A stretch of DNA of 64,000 bases, taken from IMG/VR virus record IMGVR_UViG_3300038335_000129. One strand, given 5' to 3'. The notes beneath the pieces were generated by a model. It ran no database searches, had not been told where the DNA came from, and saw nothing but the letters and a program-made list of their open reading frames with translations. Source of the stretch: an uncultured virus (IMG/VR IMGVR_UViG_3300038335_000129). Lineage: Duplodnaviria; Heunggongvirae; Uroviricota; Caudoviricetes. Shown piece by piece: positions 6,868 to 17,711 of the stretch. Numbering within the stretch: the first letter of the stretch is position 1; each line of letters opens with the position of its first letter. The position numbers and the translations under genes are program-made.

Positions 6868-7557
6868 ATGAAAAGAAACGTTTTAGTTGCGGTGTTAGTT
6901 ATTCTTTCGGTGCTTGTCGTTGGAGGATGCACTACAAAAACAGTTTCAAAAGATGAAGCGATCATTGGTGAATGGGAGTACGATGCCTCAAAAAATAACA
7001 CCACTGACACAACATCTAACTTTATGTTTTATGAAAACGGAAACTTTCAATGGTTAGTAGTGAGTAGTGATTCTGGCGAAACAATACTGTATGACGGTTC
7101 TTATATAGCTGCTGACACCCTGTCTTTAATTGTTGGTACAGACAAACCAGCCGAATTTGAATACTCTTTTGATGGAGATTATTTAAAATTTGATGGACTT
7201 TATTATAAAAAGGGTGAAAATTTAAATTTCATTCCAACTCAAAAAATAAACCCACTCGTTGGTGAATGGGCGCTTGATGCCGAAAAATCAGGTGTTTCCG
7301 GCGGCATTTCTCAATTTAAATTTGATAGTGATTATAATGTTAAATGGCTACTTTCAAATCAGGGTGGTATTGGAACGAAATTGCTCGAAGGAACATACAC
7401 AGCGTCGAACGACAAAGCTACTTTAAATTTTACAAAATTTGACTCCCTTGAAGATCCGATGGATGTCGAATATAAAGTACAAGAGGGCTATCTCATTATA
7501 GGTGGAATGTACTATAAATCAACTTCAGGATTAGATTTTACACCTTCATCAAACTAA
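6868..7557 (+). CDS. Lipoprotein with two tandem ~95-aa domains; superinfection-exclusion candidate
   Basis: Signal peptide with VGGC lipobox. Repeats IIGEW...GLYYKK and LVGEW...GMYYK. Sits between cI and integrase. Confidence 0.7.
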   Translation: MKRNVLVAVLVILSVLVVGGCTTKTVSKDEAIIGEWEYDASKNNTTDTTSNFMFYENGNFQWLVVSSDSGETILYDGSYIAADTLSLIVGTDKPAEFEYSFDGDYLKFDGLYYKKGENLNFIPTQKINPLVGEWALDAEKSGVSGGISQFKFDSDYNVKWLLSNQGGIGTKLLEGTYTASNDKATLNFTKFDSLEDPMDVEYKVQEGYLIIGGMYYKSTSGLDFTPSSN

Positions 7558-7700
7558 AATAAAAAAACCGCTCTACTCCTGGCAGAGTAAAAGCGGCTCC
7601 GGGATATACCCATATATAACACTTATAGTATATCAGCTATCCCGGTAAAATTCAACTGCCGGGCATTTTTTTACGCCCGAATAATCAGGAGGTAATAAAA

Positions 7701-9263
7701 ATGCAAACAGCTGTGATCTATGCGCGCTACAGCTCCGACAACCAGCGTGAAGAATCCATTGAGGGCCAGATCGAATGCTGCGCCCAGTATGCCAAAGATA
7801 ATAACATTCACATTCTTGACTCTTATGTTGACCGGGCAAAGACCGGCACTAATGATAACCGTGACGGGTTCCGGCAGATGCTCAAAGACAGCGGCAAAAA
7901 GCACTTTGAGACGGTGTTAGTATGGAAACTTGATCGTTTTGGCCGGAATCGTGAAGAGATGGCCATCAATCGGGCCAAGCTTCGCAAGAACGGTGTATTA
8001 ATCAAAAGTGTTAAAGAAAATATTCCAGATGGCCCTGAGGGTGTTTTAATCGAATCATTAATGGAAGGGCTGGCCGAATATTACAGCCTGAACCTCTCCC
8101 GGGATATTCGCCGGGGCATGCGCTCCAATGCTGCTAAGGGTAAATCCACCGGTGGCAATATTGCTTTCGGGTACCGGATCGGATCGGACAAGGGTTTCGA
8201 AGTCATCGAAGAACTGCGTCCCATCGTTGTTGAGATCTTCACACTCTATGATAACGGCTATAGTTTTGCGGATATCTGTGAGATCATGAACGGTCGGGGG
8301 ATTAAAACTAGTCGCGGGACAAAATTTAATAAAAATACCTTGCGGCCGATGCTGAGTAATGAAAAGTATATCGGGGTTTATAAGTGCCTGGACATTCGTC
8401 TTGAGGATACTGTCCCACCGATAATAGATAAAGAATTGTTTTACCGGGTTAAGAGCAGATTGGAGAACACGAGTATGAAATACCGTAAAATTAAAACAAA
8501 AAAGGACAACGATGTTTGTTTTATCTTGACTGGGAAAGTATTTTGTAAAGAGTGTGGTGAAACCTATTGTGGTGACAGCGGGACAAGTAAGAACGGTACC
8601 ACCTATCATTACTATGTTTGTGGGAATAATAAACGAAAAAAAGGGTGTAAGGCAAAACGGATCCGGAAAGAAAAGCTGGAAGAAATGATCATTAAAACGA
8701 CCCTTGAATATGTGCTGACCCCGGATCATATCGAAAAAATAGCAGACAACATTGTTAAGCTCTGCAAGGACAAGAGTGAATCCCCCTATCTTTCAAAATT
8801 GATCTGTGATCGAGCCGATGCTGAAAAGAAAATTGAAAACATGCTCCGGGCTATCGAGGAAGGAATCTTTACCCCCTCCACTAAGCAACGCCTGGAAGCA
8901 TTGGAGCGGGATGTCAATAACTTCTCGGTTCTTATTTCCCGGGAGCAAATAAAAAGACCGACAATCACAAAGGATGCGGTCATGTGGTTTTTGAACAACT
9001 TCACAAAGCTGGATTATAGTGATCCGGAAAACAATGTTAGGTTGATCAATTCTTTAATAAATTCCGTTTTGATCGACGGTGATCAAATCAGTATCGCTTA
9101 CAATTACACCAACAATGACGGTAAACCGGCATTCGCTGAGTGTTCGTCTAATTCTTGTTTGGTGGAGGCGAGGGGAGTCGAACCCCTGTCCGAAAATCCA
9201 TTCACAGGAGCTTCTCCGAGTGCAGTCATTGTTTATTTTCTCATTCCCCTCTTTCTCCAATGA
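7701..9263 (+). CDS. Large serine recombinase (integrase)
   Basis: YARYSS catalytic motif, LDRFGR, recombinase domain, CKEC...C...C zinc ribbon and coiled coil. Confidence 0.95.
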   Translation: MQTAVIYARYSSDNQREESIEGQIECCAQYAKDNNIHILDSYVDRAKTGTNDNRDGFRQMLKDSGKKHFETVLVWKLDRFGRNREEMAINRAKLRKNGVLIKSVKENIPDGPEGVLIESLMEGLAEYYSLNLSRDIRRGMRSNAAKGKSTGGNIAFGYRIGSDKGFEVIEELRPIVVEIFTLYDNGYSFADICEIMNGRGIKTSRGTKFNKNTLRPMLSNEKYIGVYKCLDIRLEDTVPPIIDKELFYRVKSRLENTSMKYRKIKTKKDNDVCFILTGKVFCKECGETYCGDSGTSKNGTTYHYYVCGNNKRKKGCKAKRIRKEKLEEMIIKTTLEYVLTPDHIEKIADNIVKLCKDKSESPYLSKLICDRADAEKKIENMLRAIEEGIFTPSTKQRLEALERDVNNFSVLISREQIKRPTITKDAVMWFLNNFTKLDYSDPENNVRLINSLINSVLIDGDQISIAYNYTNNDGKPAFAECSSNSCLVEARGVEPLSENPFTGASPSAVIVYFLIPLFLQ

Positions 9264-9558
9264 CATAGAAAAAGAGGAACCAGCCTCTTGATCGTTAATG
9301 GTGCGAGGCACTACCAAAAACGGTTCCCTGCTTCAATGAACGCCGAAACCCAAAACCACAGGTTGGGATGGGAGGCGTGCAGCATTAATTATGCTGCGAA
9401 GTCTTAGTATTAAACTTTAGAGCGTATTACGCTGCTAAAGCTAACCCGTAACTTTTTTCTGTTTTTGCGTTTATATTTATGCGCCACTTTTTACGATGAT
9501 CAGCAACATCGACTCGCTACTCAAGCTTCAAAACCCCCGTCGAAACCAGTACGCCCCC
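9160..9558 (-). ncRNA. ssrA: tmRNA
   Basis: 5' GGGGGCGTACTGGTTTCGAC and 3' GGGGTTCGACTCCCCTCGCCTCCACCA with a G3-U pair. Tag ORF AKTEKSYGLALAA-stop. Adjacent to smpB. Confidence 0.97.
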
Positions 9559-9568
9559 AAATAATTAA

Positions 9569-10033
9569 CTAGCCACTATGCCGCATACTTTTTTGAATCC
9601 GTCGGTCAGAATCCCGCTCGGCGATGGCGTGACGCTTATCATAAAGCTTCTTGCCTTTGGCCAGAGCCAATTCCATTTTACACCGGCCATCCTTAAAGTA
9701 AAGAGTCAGTGGCACCAGAGTATAGCCTTCCCGCTGCTTCAGCCCGATCAGTTTACGGATCTGCTGCTTATGCAACAAGAGCTTACGGACGCGCAAAGGG
9801 TCTTTATTATAAATATTCCCTTGTTCATAAGGATCAATATGCATCTGATAAACGAAAATCTCACCGTTATAGATATCGGCAAAACTTTCCTTCAGGCTGA
9901 CTTTTCCGGCCCGGATCGACTTTACTTCCGTCCCGGATAAAACCAGACCTACCTCATAGGTATCTTCAATGGCAAAATCATGACGTGCTTTTCGGTTTTT
10001 GGCCACAATTTTTATATTTTCTCCCATGCGCAA
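9569..10033 (-). CDS. smpB: SsrA-binding protein
   Basis: [23 protein letters not shown] and KGKKLYDKR motifs. Confidence 0.97.
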   Translation of the reverse strand: MRMGENIKIVAKNRKARHDFAIEDTYEVGLVLSGTEVKSIRAGKVSLKESFADIYNGEIFVYQMHIDPYEQGNIYNKDPLRVRKLLLHKQQIRKLIGLKQREGYTLVPLTLYFKDGRCKMELALAKGKKLYDKRHAIAERDSDRRIQKSMRHSG

Positions 10034-10079
10034 CTCCTCTGTTCTTAGCTAGTTTTTTATTATAGCATAGTTTTCTTAA

Positions 10080-12227
10080 TTATTCAATAGGTTCAAAATC
10101 GATCTGTTTGGAACTCACGTCGGCCTTTGCCACTTTTATTCTGATTTCCTGACCCAGTCTGAATATTTTACCCCGATGTTCGCCGATATGCTGATGCAGC
10201 TCGGGATCATAGTTATAGAAATCATCCTTAAGATCCTGAAGCCGTACCAGACCTTCGATGGTATTTTCCAGTTCCACGAAAAAGCCGAAGGAGGTAACAC
10301 CGCTGATCCGGCCAGTAAATTCTTCGCCAATATGGCGGGTCATGTACTCGGTCATCTTAAGCTTAGTGATTTCTCGCTCGATGTTTTCGGCCCGACGCTC
10401 GGTCTCGGAGGCATGACTGGCCACCGCTTCGATATTCGCCTCCAGATAATCCAGAGACTTTTTGTTTATTTTTCCGGTAATCGCCTTGGCCAGATAGCGG
10501 TGGATAAAGAGATCGGGATAACGGCGGATTGGTGAGGTAAAATGGGTATAAAAGCTTGCGCCCAGGGCATAGTGACCGAGGTTATGGCCTTCATAAACTG
10601 CCTGCTGCATCGTTCGTAGCATCAGCAGAGTGATCACTCGTTCTTCATTTTTGCCAGCGATGTCAGCCACTAGCTGCTGAAAGTCGTGGCCGGATGGTAC
10701 CAGATCATCGTTTTTCCCCAATTTAAATCCATAGCGATTGATAAAGGTGCGGAAAGCCGCCAGCTTTTCGGGATGGGGTTCAGGATGATTCCGGAAAATA
10801 AAAGGCGCATCCAGTTTAGAAACGTGCTCGGCAATGGTTTCATTGCAGATCAGCATAAACTCTTCGATGATCCGGTGGGAGATCAACCGTTCGTCAATGA
10901 CAATATCCTCAGGAAAGCCCTGTTGATCCAATAAAATCTTGGCTTCGGGAAAATCGAAATTGATGGCGCCCCGGTTTAAGCGGCGTTTGACCCGCAGGAT
11001 TTCATGGAGTTCCTCCATCAGCACCAGATCGATACGAAAGGGCTTCAGCTCAGCAGCCACGTCAATCCGATCTTCCAGCAGGGCATTAACTTTTTTATAG
11101 GTCATTCGTGCTTTAGAACAGATTACCGATTTGAAAATTTCATAATCGACCACCTGGCCATTTTTATCGATTTCCATTTCACAGCTGAAGGTCAGCCGAT
11201 CTTTATTAGGCACCAGACTACAAACGTCATTGGAAAGCTTGAAGGGCAGCATTGGCACCACCCGATCAACCACATAAACGCTGGTCCCCCGATCCAGGGC
11301 GGACACATCAATGTCGCTACCCTGGCGGACATAATGGCTGACATCGGCGATATGAACCGCCAAGATGAAATTTCCGTTTTTCTTTTTATGGATCGAGACA
11401 GCATCGTCATAATCCTTGGCATCATCCCCGTCAATTGTAAAGATTCGCTGGTTCCGCAGATCCCTACGTTTTTTTAGTTCGTCGGGGCTAATCCGATCGT
11501 TCAATAAATTGGTTTCCCGTTCTACATCAGGAGAGAAATCCATGGGAATATCATACTCCTTTAAAACCGAAAGAATATCGATACCCGGCTCGTTTTCGTT
11601 GCCTAGAATTTCCAGAATTTCCCCTTCCGGGTTTTTTCCTGCATCCGACCAGGAAACAATCTGAGTAACAACCTTATCGCCGTTGATAGCTTTTTTACCG
11701 CGGCGTTCGGGAATAAAAATATCCTTGCAAAGCCGGTCGTTATCTGGTACTACAAAGCCGAACCCCTTGCCCTTTTCATAACGGCCAATGATCTTCTTAT
11801 GACCCCGGTCAATGATTTCCACGACTTCCCCTTCGGGTCTTTTTTCACCAGGTTTGGAGGTAAGCCGGACCCACACGGTGTCCATATCCAGAGCGCCGTG
11901 GAGATTTTTTTCCGGAATAAAGACATCTTCAGAAAAAATCGTATAGTCGGGAATGACAAAGCCGAAACCCCGCTGGTTACCTCGGAGGACACCTACAATT
12001 TTGGGACAATCATTGGTTTTCTGGTACCCACCATTACAATCTTTTGCCACTCTGGCTTTTATTTCCAGCTCTTTGAGCACATGAGACAGCATCTGCCGAT
12101 CTTTCTTTTTTGACAGTCCGATAAAGTCCGATAATTGATCAAAGGTCATATTCTTATACTTTTTGTCATTCATTAAACGCTTGACAATTCGTTTTAATTC
12201 TTTAGTTTTCATATTATCTCCGATCAT
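10080..12227 (-). CDS. rnr: Ribonuclease R
   Basis: TIDGDDAKDYDDA and HFTSPIRRYPDL motifs, C-terminal S1 domain, rnr-smpB-ssrA synteny. Confidence 0.95.
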   Translation of the reverse strand: MIGDNMKTKELKRIVKRLMNDKKYKNMTFDQLSDFIGLSKKKDRQMLSHVLKELEIKARVAKDCNGGYQKTNDCPKIVGVLRGNQRGFGFVIPDYTIFSEDVFIPEKNLHGALDMDTVWVRLTSKPGEKRPEGEVVEIIDRGHKKIIGRYEKGKGFGFVVPDNDRLCKDIFIPERRGKKAINGDKVVTQIVSWSDAGKNPEGEILEILGNENEPGIDILSVLKEYDIPMDFSPDVERETNLLNDRISPDELKKRRDLRNQRIFTIDGDDAKDYDDAVSIHKKKNGNFILAVHIADVSHYVRQGSDIDVSALDRGTSVYVVDRVVPMLPFKLSNDVCSLVPNKDRLTFSCEMEIDKNGQVVDYEIFKSVICSKARMTYKKVNALLEDRIDVAAELKPFRIDLVLMEELHEILRVKRRLNRGAINFDFPEAKILLDQQGFPEDIVIDERLISHRIIEEFMLICNETIAEHVSKLDAPFIFRNHPEPHPEKLAAFRTFINRYGFKLGKNDDLVPSGHDFQQLVADIAGKNEERVITLLMLRTMQQAVYEGHNLGHYALGASFYTHFTSPIRRYPDLFIHRYLAKAITGKINKKSLDYLEANIEAVASHASETERRAENIEREITKLKMTEYMTRHIGEEFTGRISGVTSFGFFVELENTIEGLVRLQDLKDDFYNYDPELHQHIGEHRGKIFRLGQEIRIKVAKADVSSKQIDFEPIE

Positions 12228-14871
12228 TTAGTTTTTTACGCAATTGGTCGATTTCATTCATAACTTCGATGGGACTCATTTCGTTTATATTCATTTCCCG
12301 GATCACGCCGAGGGCAGCTTCTTCTTCGGCAGTCATGGCTTTGGCAACATCAAAAAAGTTCAGTTGAGCACCTTTCCCCCCAGATAAAGCAGTGGGTTCC
12401 GCCACCAGCAGCTCCTGCCGGTAGGTATCTTCGCCAGATTCCAGATGACCGAGAATTTCCTGGGCCCGGCGGGTCACTCCCGCCGGAAAACCGGCCAGCT
12501 TGGCCACTTCGATGCCGTAGCTCTGGTCGGCTGGACCGGGAATGATTTTTCGTAGGAAGATCACCCCGTCGGGGGTATCTTTAAGCCGGATGCTGAAATT
12601 TTTAATTCCTGATTTCAGGGTCTCCAATTCGGTCAGCTCATGGTAATGGGTGGCAAACAGGGTTTTTGCCCCAATACTGTCTTCGTTATGGAGGTATTCC
12701 ACCACTGCCCAGGCAATGCTGATGCCGTCAAAGGTGGAGGTCCCCCGGCCGATTTCGTCCAGAATCACCAGACTGCGGCTGGTGGCATTTTTTAAAATAT
12801 TGGCCACCTCGGTCATTTCTACCATAAAGGTACTCTGACCGCTGGCCAGATCGTCACTGGCTCCGACACGGGTGAAAATCCGGTCGACGACCCCAATGGC
12901 TGCGGCATCCGCCGGGACAAAGGAGCCGATCTGGGCCATCAGGGTAATAATCGCCACCTGCCGGATAAAGGTCGACTTACCGGCCATATTGGGCCCGGTG
13001 ATGATCAGCATCCGCTGGTCATCCTGATTGAGCAGACAGTCGTTACCAATAAAATGGTTGGTGCCGATCATGTCCTCCACCACCGGATGACGGCCGTTTT
13101 GGATCATCAGGGTGTTATCTTCCGTAATTTCCGGACAAACGTAGCGATTCTGCAGGGCCACAGTGGCCAGTGCATAAATGGCGTCAAGCTCGGCCACTTC
13201 CCGGGCTTTCTGCTGAATGCGCGGGATTTCGGCCAGCAAACCATCGCGGATTTCCTGAAACACCTGAGTTTCACAACGGAGCAAGCCTTCCTGGGCGCCG
13301 AGAATTTTATTTTCCATTTCTTTCAGCTCCGGGGTAAAATAGCGCTCGGCATTGGCCAGGGTCTGTTTGCGGATGTAGTCTTCCGGGACCTGGTCAAAAT
13401 TACTTTTGGTTACCTCAATAAAATACCCAAAAATGCGATTATATTTCACCTTCAGGTTTTTAATGCCAGTGCGTTCGCGCTCCCGGCATTCCAGATCGCG
13501 GATCCAGTCCTGACCCTTTTCAGCCGCTTCCCGGAATTCGTCGATTTCCTGATGGTAGCCGGTTTTGATCACATGGCCGTCTTTGAGCACAATCGGCGCC
13601 TTCTCGTCGATGGACTTGTCAATTTGCTCCCAGACATCGGTGAGTAATTCATCCGAATCAAACAGATTGCGTAGTTTTTCTGAGCCCAGCAGTACCACAA
13701 AATCATGAATCAGCGGCAGCGCCCCCAGCGACTGTTTCAGCGCCAGTAAATCCCGGGGATTGATGGTCCCAAAGGCCAGTTTGCCACAGAGCCGTTCCAG
13801 ATCATAAACCTTGGTCATAATCGTTTTAAACGCCGGCAGATGAGCGGCGTTGCTGTAAAAAGCCGACACACCCCCTTGTCGTTCCAGGATCACATCACGA
13901 TTTAACAGGGGTGCCTCCACCCAACGGCGCAGGGTTCGTCCGCCCATGGCGGTGATGGTTTTGTCCAGCACCCCCAGCAGGCTGCCCTTTTTTTCCAGGG
14001 TTCTGAGAGTCTGGGTCAGCTCTAGATTGCGCCGGGTCGATAAATCCAGCACCATATAGTCTTTGCTGTTATAATAGCGGATCGTTTTTATATGGGTCAG
14101 GGCTCGTTTCTGGGTTTCATCCAGATAGAGCAGCAGTGCCCCGGCGGCGGCGATGGCATGATCCCGACGCTCCAGATCCAGTGCGCCAAGGGCGAAGACC
14201 TGAAACTGATCGGTGATCCGCGTGCTGCCATTTTTAACCGAAAAGTATTTTTCCGGGTAAAGACTAGCCAGAATTCCAAAACTGTTTTCGATCATCGCCA
14301 GCGCTTGAGTATCCTTGAATAGCGCCGGATTGAGGATCACCTCGGCCGGCAGTAACCGCCCGATTTCATCGGACAGCTGAGACAGCCATTGTTCACGGGT
14401 CTTGGCCGCGATTTGGGTGACATAAAAATCCCCGGTAGAGACGTCCAGACTGGCCAGGCCCAGGGTATTATTTTCCAGAAACAGCGCCATCAGGTAATTG
14501 TTTTTCTTGGATTCCAGTAATTTACCTTCGGATATGGTGCCTGGCGAAATGACCCGGATAATTTCCCTGCGAACAATCCCTTTGGCTTCTTTAGGGTCTT
14601 CCATCTGCTCGCAGATGGCGACCTTGTAGCCTTTTTCAACCAGACGGGTGATGTAATTCTGGGCCGCATGATGGGGTACTCCGCACATCGGCGCCCGTTC
14701 TTCCAGCCCGCAATCCCGGCCGGTCAGGGCGATTTCCAGCTCCCGGGAAGCCGTCAGGGCATCATCAAAAAACATTTCATAAAAGTCACCCATACGAAAG
14801 AAAAGGAGGGCATCGGGAACCTCCTCATGAATTTGCAGGTATTGGGTCATCATGGGTGTCAGCTGCGCCAT
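12214..14871 (-). CDS. mutS: DNA mismatch repair protein MutS
   Basis: GDFYEMF, GPNMAGKST, DEIGRGTS and ATHYHEL motifs. Confidence 0.98.
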   Translation of the reverse strand: MAQLTPMMTQYLQIHEEVPDALLFFRMGDFYEMFFDDALTASRELEIALTGRDCGLEERAPMCGVPHHAAQNYITRLVEKGYKVAICEQMEDPKEAKGIVRREIIRVISPGTISEGKLLESKKNNYLMALFLENNTLGLASLDVSTGDFYVTQIAAKTREQWLSQLSDEIGRLLPAEVILNPALFKDTQALAMIENSFGILASLYPEKYFSVKNGSTRITDQFQVFALGALDLERRDHAIAAAGALLLYLDETQKRALTHIKTIRYYNSKDYMVLDLSTRRNLELTQTLRTLEKKGSLLGVLDKTITAMGGRTLRRWVEAPLLNRDVILERQGGVSAFYSNAAHLPAFKTIMTKVYDLERLCGKLAFGTINPRDLLALKQSLGALPLIHDFVVLLGSEKLRNLFDSDELLTDVWEQIDKSIDEKAPIVLKDGHVIKTGYHQEIDEFREAAEKGQDWIRDLECRERERTGIKNLKVKYNRIFGYFIEVTKSNFDQVPEDYIRKQTLANAERYFTPELKEMENKILGAQEGLLRCETQVFQEIRDGLLAEIPRIQQKAREVAELDAIYALATVALQNRYVCPEITEDNTLMIQNGRHPVVEDMIGTNHFIGNDCLLNQDDQRMLIITGPNMAGKSTFIRQVAIITLMAQIGSFVPADAAAIGVVDRIFTRVGASDDLASGQSTFMVEMTEVANILKNATSRSLVILDEIGRGTSTFDGISIAWAVVEYLHNEDSIGAKTLFATHYHELTELETLKSGIKNFSIRLKDTPDGVIFLRKIIPGPADQSYGIEVAKLAGFPAGVTRRAQEILGHLESGEDTYRQELLVAEPTALSGGKGAQLNFFDVAKAMTAEEEAALGVIREMNINEMSPIEVMNEIDQLRKKLNDRR

Positions 14872-16237
14872 GGGTGTCCTCCTGTTCGATTTTTTCGCCG
14901 TCCAGACTAAAGGTTTTGGCGACAGTGATCTTGACCATCACCTGAGTGCCGATATCGGATGGATCGCCGGGAAAATTGACCAGCTTGCTGGTCCGGGTTC
15001 GGCCAGTCATCCGCTCGGGGTTGTTGCGGCTGGGTTCTTCAACCAGCACTTCCACCACCTGATCCAGATAGGTCTGGTTGATATCATGACTGATCTGATG
15101 GAGCACTTCCAGACAACGGTTGATCCGGTCATGTTTGACCTCATCAGCAATCTGGTCAGCCATCGTGGCGGCCGGGGTGCCGGTGCGGATCGAATATAAA
15201 AAGGTAAAGGCCGAATCAAATTGACACATTTCAATAACTTTGAGGGTTTCCAAAAAGTCTTCTTCGGTTTCGCCGGGAAAGCCGACAATCAGATCGGTAG
15301 TGATAGCGACGCCGGGGATTTTTTCCCGGACAGCCCTGACCCGATCAAGAATATCTTCCTGGGTGTATTTGCGATTCATCGATTGTAAAATCCGGGTGCT
15401 ACCGGATTGGATCGGCAGATGAATATAGTTGCAGACCTTGTCGCAAGTGGCAATCGCATCGATGACCGCATCAGTGAGATCTTTTGGATGAGAGGTCATA
15501 AAGCGGATTCGCTTGAGGTTTTCAATGGTATCAAGTTGTCTAAGCAGTGCCGCGAAATTGACCGTTTCGTCGAGGTCATTACCATAGGAATTGACGTTTT
15601 GGCCTAACAGCGTCACCTCGGCGCAGCCATCGGCTACCAGCGCTTTAACCTCGGCAACTATCTTATCGGGCTGGCGGCTGACTTCACGGCCCCGGGTGTA
15701 GGGCACAATACAGTAGGTGCAGAAATTGTTGCAGCCATTCATAATCGTCACAAAGCCCTTGAAGGGATATTTCCGGTCCACCGGCAGGTCTTCGACAATG
15801 GTGTCTGAATCATCCCAGACTTCCACCAGCCGTTTGCCGTTGACCATGTAGTTATTGAGCAGCTCTGGAAACTGGTGGAGATTATGGGTCCCAAAAACCA
15901 GATCCACCTGGGGATATTTGCTGACAATCTGATTGACAATTTCCGGCTGCTGCATCATACAGCCGCAGACGGCCAGAATTAAATCGGGATTGGTTTTCTT
16001 GACCGTTTTATAGGCGCCGATATTGCCAAAGACTCGTTCATCGGCGTTTTCCCGAACCGAGCAGGTGTTAAGAATGACAAGCCCGGCTTTATTGACGTCC
16101 ATGTCTTCGACATAGCCCAGGGCTTTTAACATCCCGGATATTTTTTCCGAGTCGTTTTCGTTCATCTGACATCCGAATGTTTTTATAAGAAAGCTTTTGA
16201 TAAGCTTGGGTTTGCGGCTGTTTGTTTTTTTACTCAT
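14825..16237 (-). CDS. miaB: tRNA methylthiotransferase MiaB
   Basis: TFGCQMN, radical SAM CNNFCTYC, TRAM domain, miaB-mutS synteny. Confidence 0.95.
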   Translation of the reverse strand: MSKKTNSRKPKLIKSFLIKTFGCQMNENDSEKISGMLKALGYVEDMDVNKAGLVILNTCSVRENADERVFGNIGAYKTVKKTNPDLILAVCGCMMQQPEIVNQIVSKYPQVDLVFGTHNLHQFPELLNNYMVNGKRLVEVWDDSDTIVEDLPVDRKYPFKGFVTIMNGCNNFCTYCIVPYTRGREVSRQPDKIVAEVKALVADGCAEVTLLGQNVNSYGNDLDETVNFAALLRQLDTIENLKRIRFMTSHPKDLTDAVIDAIATCDKVCNYIHLPIQSGSTRILQSMNRKYTQEDILDRVRAVREKIPGVAITTDLIVGFPGETEEDFLETLKVIEMCQFDSAFTFLYSIRTGTPAATMADQIADEVKHDRINRCLEVLHQISHDINQTYLDQVVEVLVEEPSRNNPERMTGRTRTSKLVNFPGDPSDIGTQVMVKITVAKTFSLDGEKIEQEDTHGAADTHDDPIPANS

Positions 16238-16697
16238 ATCTATTTAAATTTCTCCTAATTAGCTGTTTTAAAATTTCACTCTACTATTATATACTAAATA
16301 AATCAAATGTGAATGTTAATATTGAAACGTGTGTTAAGAATTAAGGTTCGGGATCTCCCCGGCCTTTTTCTTTTCACAAAAATAGGGCCATATCATTAAT
16401 ACGGCCCCGCAAAACGGAAAGCAAATTGCAGTATGCTATTGTTTTTCAATGGCCAACCTGATTTATGCATGAACCAGCGGCCCGGTTGGAACGATTAATT
16501 GAATTATATCATAAAACCATAGAACGGTCTATGAAAATGGCTTGATATCTCGTTTTAACAGGTAATAAGTGACCTGTGAAGTCTAAAGCCGCTTAAAACG
16601 GAAATATGGACGATTTATCGAAAACAAGTGGTTATGCGACGTCTTTTCGTCAGAAAAAGGCTTATAATTATTTCTATGGCTTATTTTTGATGCAAAA

Positions 16698-17711
16698 TTA
16701 ATTTAATAATGAAATATCTCGTGCATAAGCCCACGGAACAGAATAGCCAGTATCGTAATAGTCCTCGCCCATCGGAACCTCACCTTTCATCATCAGGTTT
16801 CTTGTTATCGATCCGTTTTCATATTTTATTTCGTAGACTTGCTGATAACCCATGTGCGCCATTAATAAGATCAATTCTCCGCCTGCGCTATTAGTTTTCC
16901 CCATTAGCGTGGCGTGTCCCCCGTTTGTCGATCCCATATATTTAGCCTGATCATTTTCATAGGTATAGATTTGATATTTGAAATCAGCCTCGCAACTGCC
17001 GGTCTTTACAAATAATTCAGGTATTCCGTTGCTGTCCATATCAAACATGCTGTAGTGGCAAGCATATTGTGAGTAACCGTATTTAATTCCATTCTCTTTA
17101 AATAGTTGATAAACGACTTGCTTATAAGCTTCTTTGTATTGAGGTACGGTATATTCTTTAAAGGGTACGCCGGAATTCAACGGCGGATCGACACCAGTGG
17201 GAACGACCATTATTTTAATTCCCTCGAGTCTATATCCATATCCAGCTGTTCCAGCGCTTTCCCCATTCTTCGCCCAACCCATCCAGCCGATGTTTTGCGC
17301 ATGGACTTGGTAGAAAACATTAAATTTATCAGCATCCGCACCAGTCAATTTAATCTGGATTGCTTCCAGGCGATACGAAAGGCCCTCGGTCCCACTCATG
17401 CCGTCGTTGGCCTTCCATCCTCTGGATGTATCCGCTTCCCAGCCAATGTTTTGAATGTGGGTTTGGTAGGTAATGCCTAAATCATATCCCTGGGCATCCA
17501 GGTTCACCTTAATACCTTCCAACCGGTAAGATTTTCCCTCTGTACCGCTCATCTTGCCGGTGCCGACGTAATCCTGCCAGCCCTCATTCTGGACATGAGT
17601 ACAATAACTAACAATAGGATCTGCTGCAGCCATTACACTGGACGGGATCATCCCAATGACCAGTAGCAGTGATAATAACAATACCGACAACCTTTGAATA
17701 CTTTTCCTCAC
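16698..17711 (-). CDS. Secreted protein with three ChW (clostridial hydrophobic W) repeats
   Basis: Signal peptide followed by HVQNEGW, HIQNIGW and HAQNIGW...GT.G..YRLE repeats. Confidence 0.85.
   Translation of the reverse strand: MRKSIQRLSVLLLSLLLVIGMIPSSVMAAADPIVSYCTHVQNEGWQDYVGTGKMSGTEGKSYRLEGIKVNLDAQGYDLGITYQTHIQNIGWEADTSRGWKANDGMSGTEGLSYRLEAIQIKLTGADADKFNVFYQVHAQNIGWMGWAKNGESAGTAGYGYRLEGIKIMVVPTGVDPPLNSGVPFKEYTVPQYKEAYKQVVYQLFKENGIKYGYSQYACHYSMFDMDSNGIPELFVKTGSCEADFKYQIYTYENDQAKYMGSTNGGHATLMGKTNSAGGELILLMAHMGYQQVYEIKYENGSITRNLMMKGEVPMGEDYYDTGYSVPWAYARDISLLN

Larger units (their letters stand above)
1..9160. mobile_element. Temperate phage-like element A (right arm), integrated at the 3' end of tmRNA
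   Basis: Gene order is serine recombinase, lipoprotein, cI, cro, dense small early genes, Rep. It abuts the CCA end of ssrA. The left end is outside the window. Confidence 0.85.

Noticed and set aside
9160..9190. tRNA gene
   Set aside because: This is the tRNA-like 3' end of tmRNA, with no anticodon arm.
9578..16000. Many plus-strand ORFs overlapping smpB, rnr, mutS and miaB
   Set aside because: These are shadow ORFs opposite well-supported genes. The same applies to most plus-strand ORFs in prophage B.
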